Assembly (NCBI GenBank): GCA_030427965.1
Contig: JAUICD010000001.1
Coordinates: 18,625-82,624, forward strand
Source of the DNA: Bdellovibrionia bacterium
GTDB taxonomy: Bacteria > Bdellovibrionota > Bdellovibrionia > Bdellovibrionales > JAUICD01
Length of the DNA: 64,000 nt
Reading direction: 5' to 3'
Shown: positions 63,830-64,000 of the stretch, in pieces
Numbering within the stretch: position 1 is the stretch's first letter
Layout of the letters: each line of letters begins with the position of its first letter
Translations under genes and position numbers: made by a program
The notes under the pieces: generated by a model
What the model saw: the letters and a program-made list of their open reading frames with translations, nothing else
Database searches by the model: none
Told to the model about the DNA's origin: nothing

Positions 63830-64000
63830 ATGCATATGACTTATGATGTGATGGAGAGCAAGAGGGTTTTAAGGCTTTCCATTCTTTCTCTTTTTATTAG
63901 TTTTGCTCTAATGGCGATCAAGTTTATTGCATTTGAGAGAACAAACTCTGAAGCCATTTTGTCAGATGCATTAGAAAGCATAGTCAATGTGGTAGCTGCC
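63830..64000 (+). CDS. Cation diffusion facilitator (CDF) transporter, 3'-partial at window edge
   Basis: ATG 63830 is preceded by 'GGGGTAAGAAA'. TM1 has 'SEAILSDALESIVNVVAA', which can be compared with the CDF SxALxADAxHxxxD region. The frame is open to the last base, so it is absent from the supplied ORF track. Confidence 0.6.
   Translation, partial: MHMTYDVMESKRVLRLSILSLFISFALMAIKFIAFERTNSEAILSDALESIVNVVAA

Noticed and set aside
1-64000. Scan for tRNA, rRNA, CRISPR repeats, tandem repeats and obvious toxin-antitoxin or defence gene pairs.
   Set aside because: I noticed no T-loop-like GGTTCGAATCC-type sequences. I found no regularly spaced direct repeats. No small adjacent ORF pairs had TA-like features. 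This was a manual scan only, so low-copy or degenerate elements could have been missed.

Overview
This is a densely coding, AT-rich chromosomal segment with about 62 protein genes. I found no rRNA, tRNA or CRISPR array by eye.

Backbone: most of the window is recognisable housekeeping. It includes ung, type III glutamine synthetase, M17 aminopeptidase, rsmJ, and a 7-gene pantothenate/CoA supraoperon (panG-like, panB, panC, coaC, coaB, coaX, panD). It also includes hppD, ribD, a trmJ-like gene, hldD, xth, fxsA, a ClC channel, pcnB, a DEAD-box helicase, mutY, speB, alaS, recX, pgpA, a cinA-like gene and recA.

Likely host: the gene set suggests a Bdellovibrio-and-like predatory bacterium, Bacteriovorax-like. 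The hints are GS-III, many signal-peptide orphan proteins, and several enzyme families that are mainly eukaryotic (cN-II 5'-nucleotidase, KDSR-like SDR, Pif1, SelO-like, a long aromatic amino-acid hydroxylase). This is inference only.

Most interesting items:
1. A tightly coupled peroxiredoxin / GspS-like ATP-grasp / divergent SelO-like operon at 30416-33996. I propose it is an undescribed thiol-redox protein-modification module.
2. A 734-bp RAYT (Y1 HUH transposase) cassette. It is bounded by inverted 23-bp REP-like hairpin units and sits exactly between two convergent stop codons.
3. A KDSR-like reductase.
4. A glycosyltransferase cluster with an HprK-like P-loop protein and unusually long gene overlaps.
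5. Runs of secreted orphan proteins, one beside an intergenic G9 tract.
6. An H-box-only histidine-kinase-like protein translationally coupled to mutY.

All functional calls rest on motifs read from the translations. No database search was possible.
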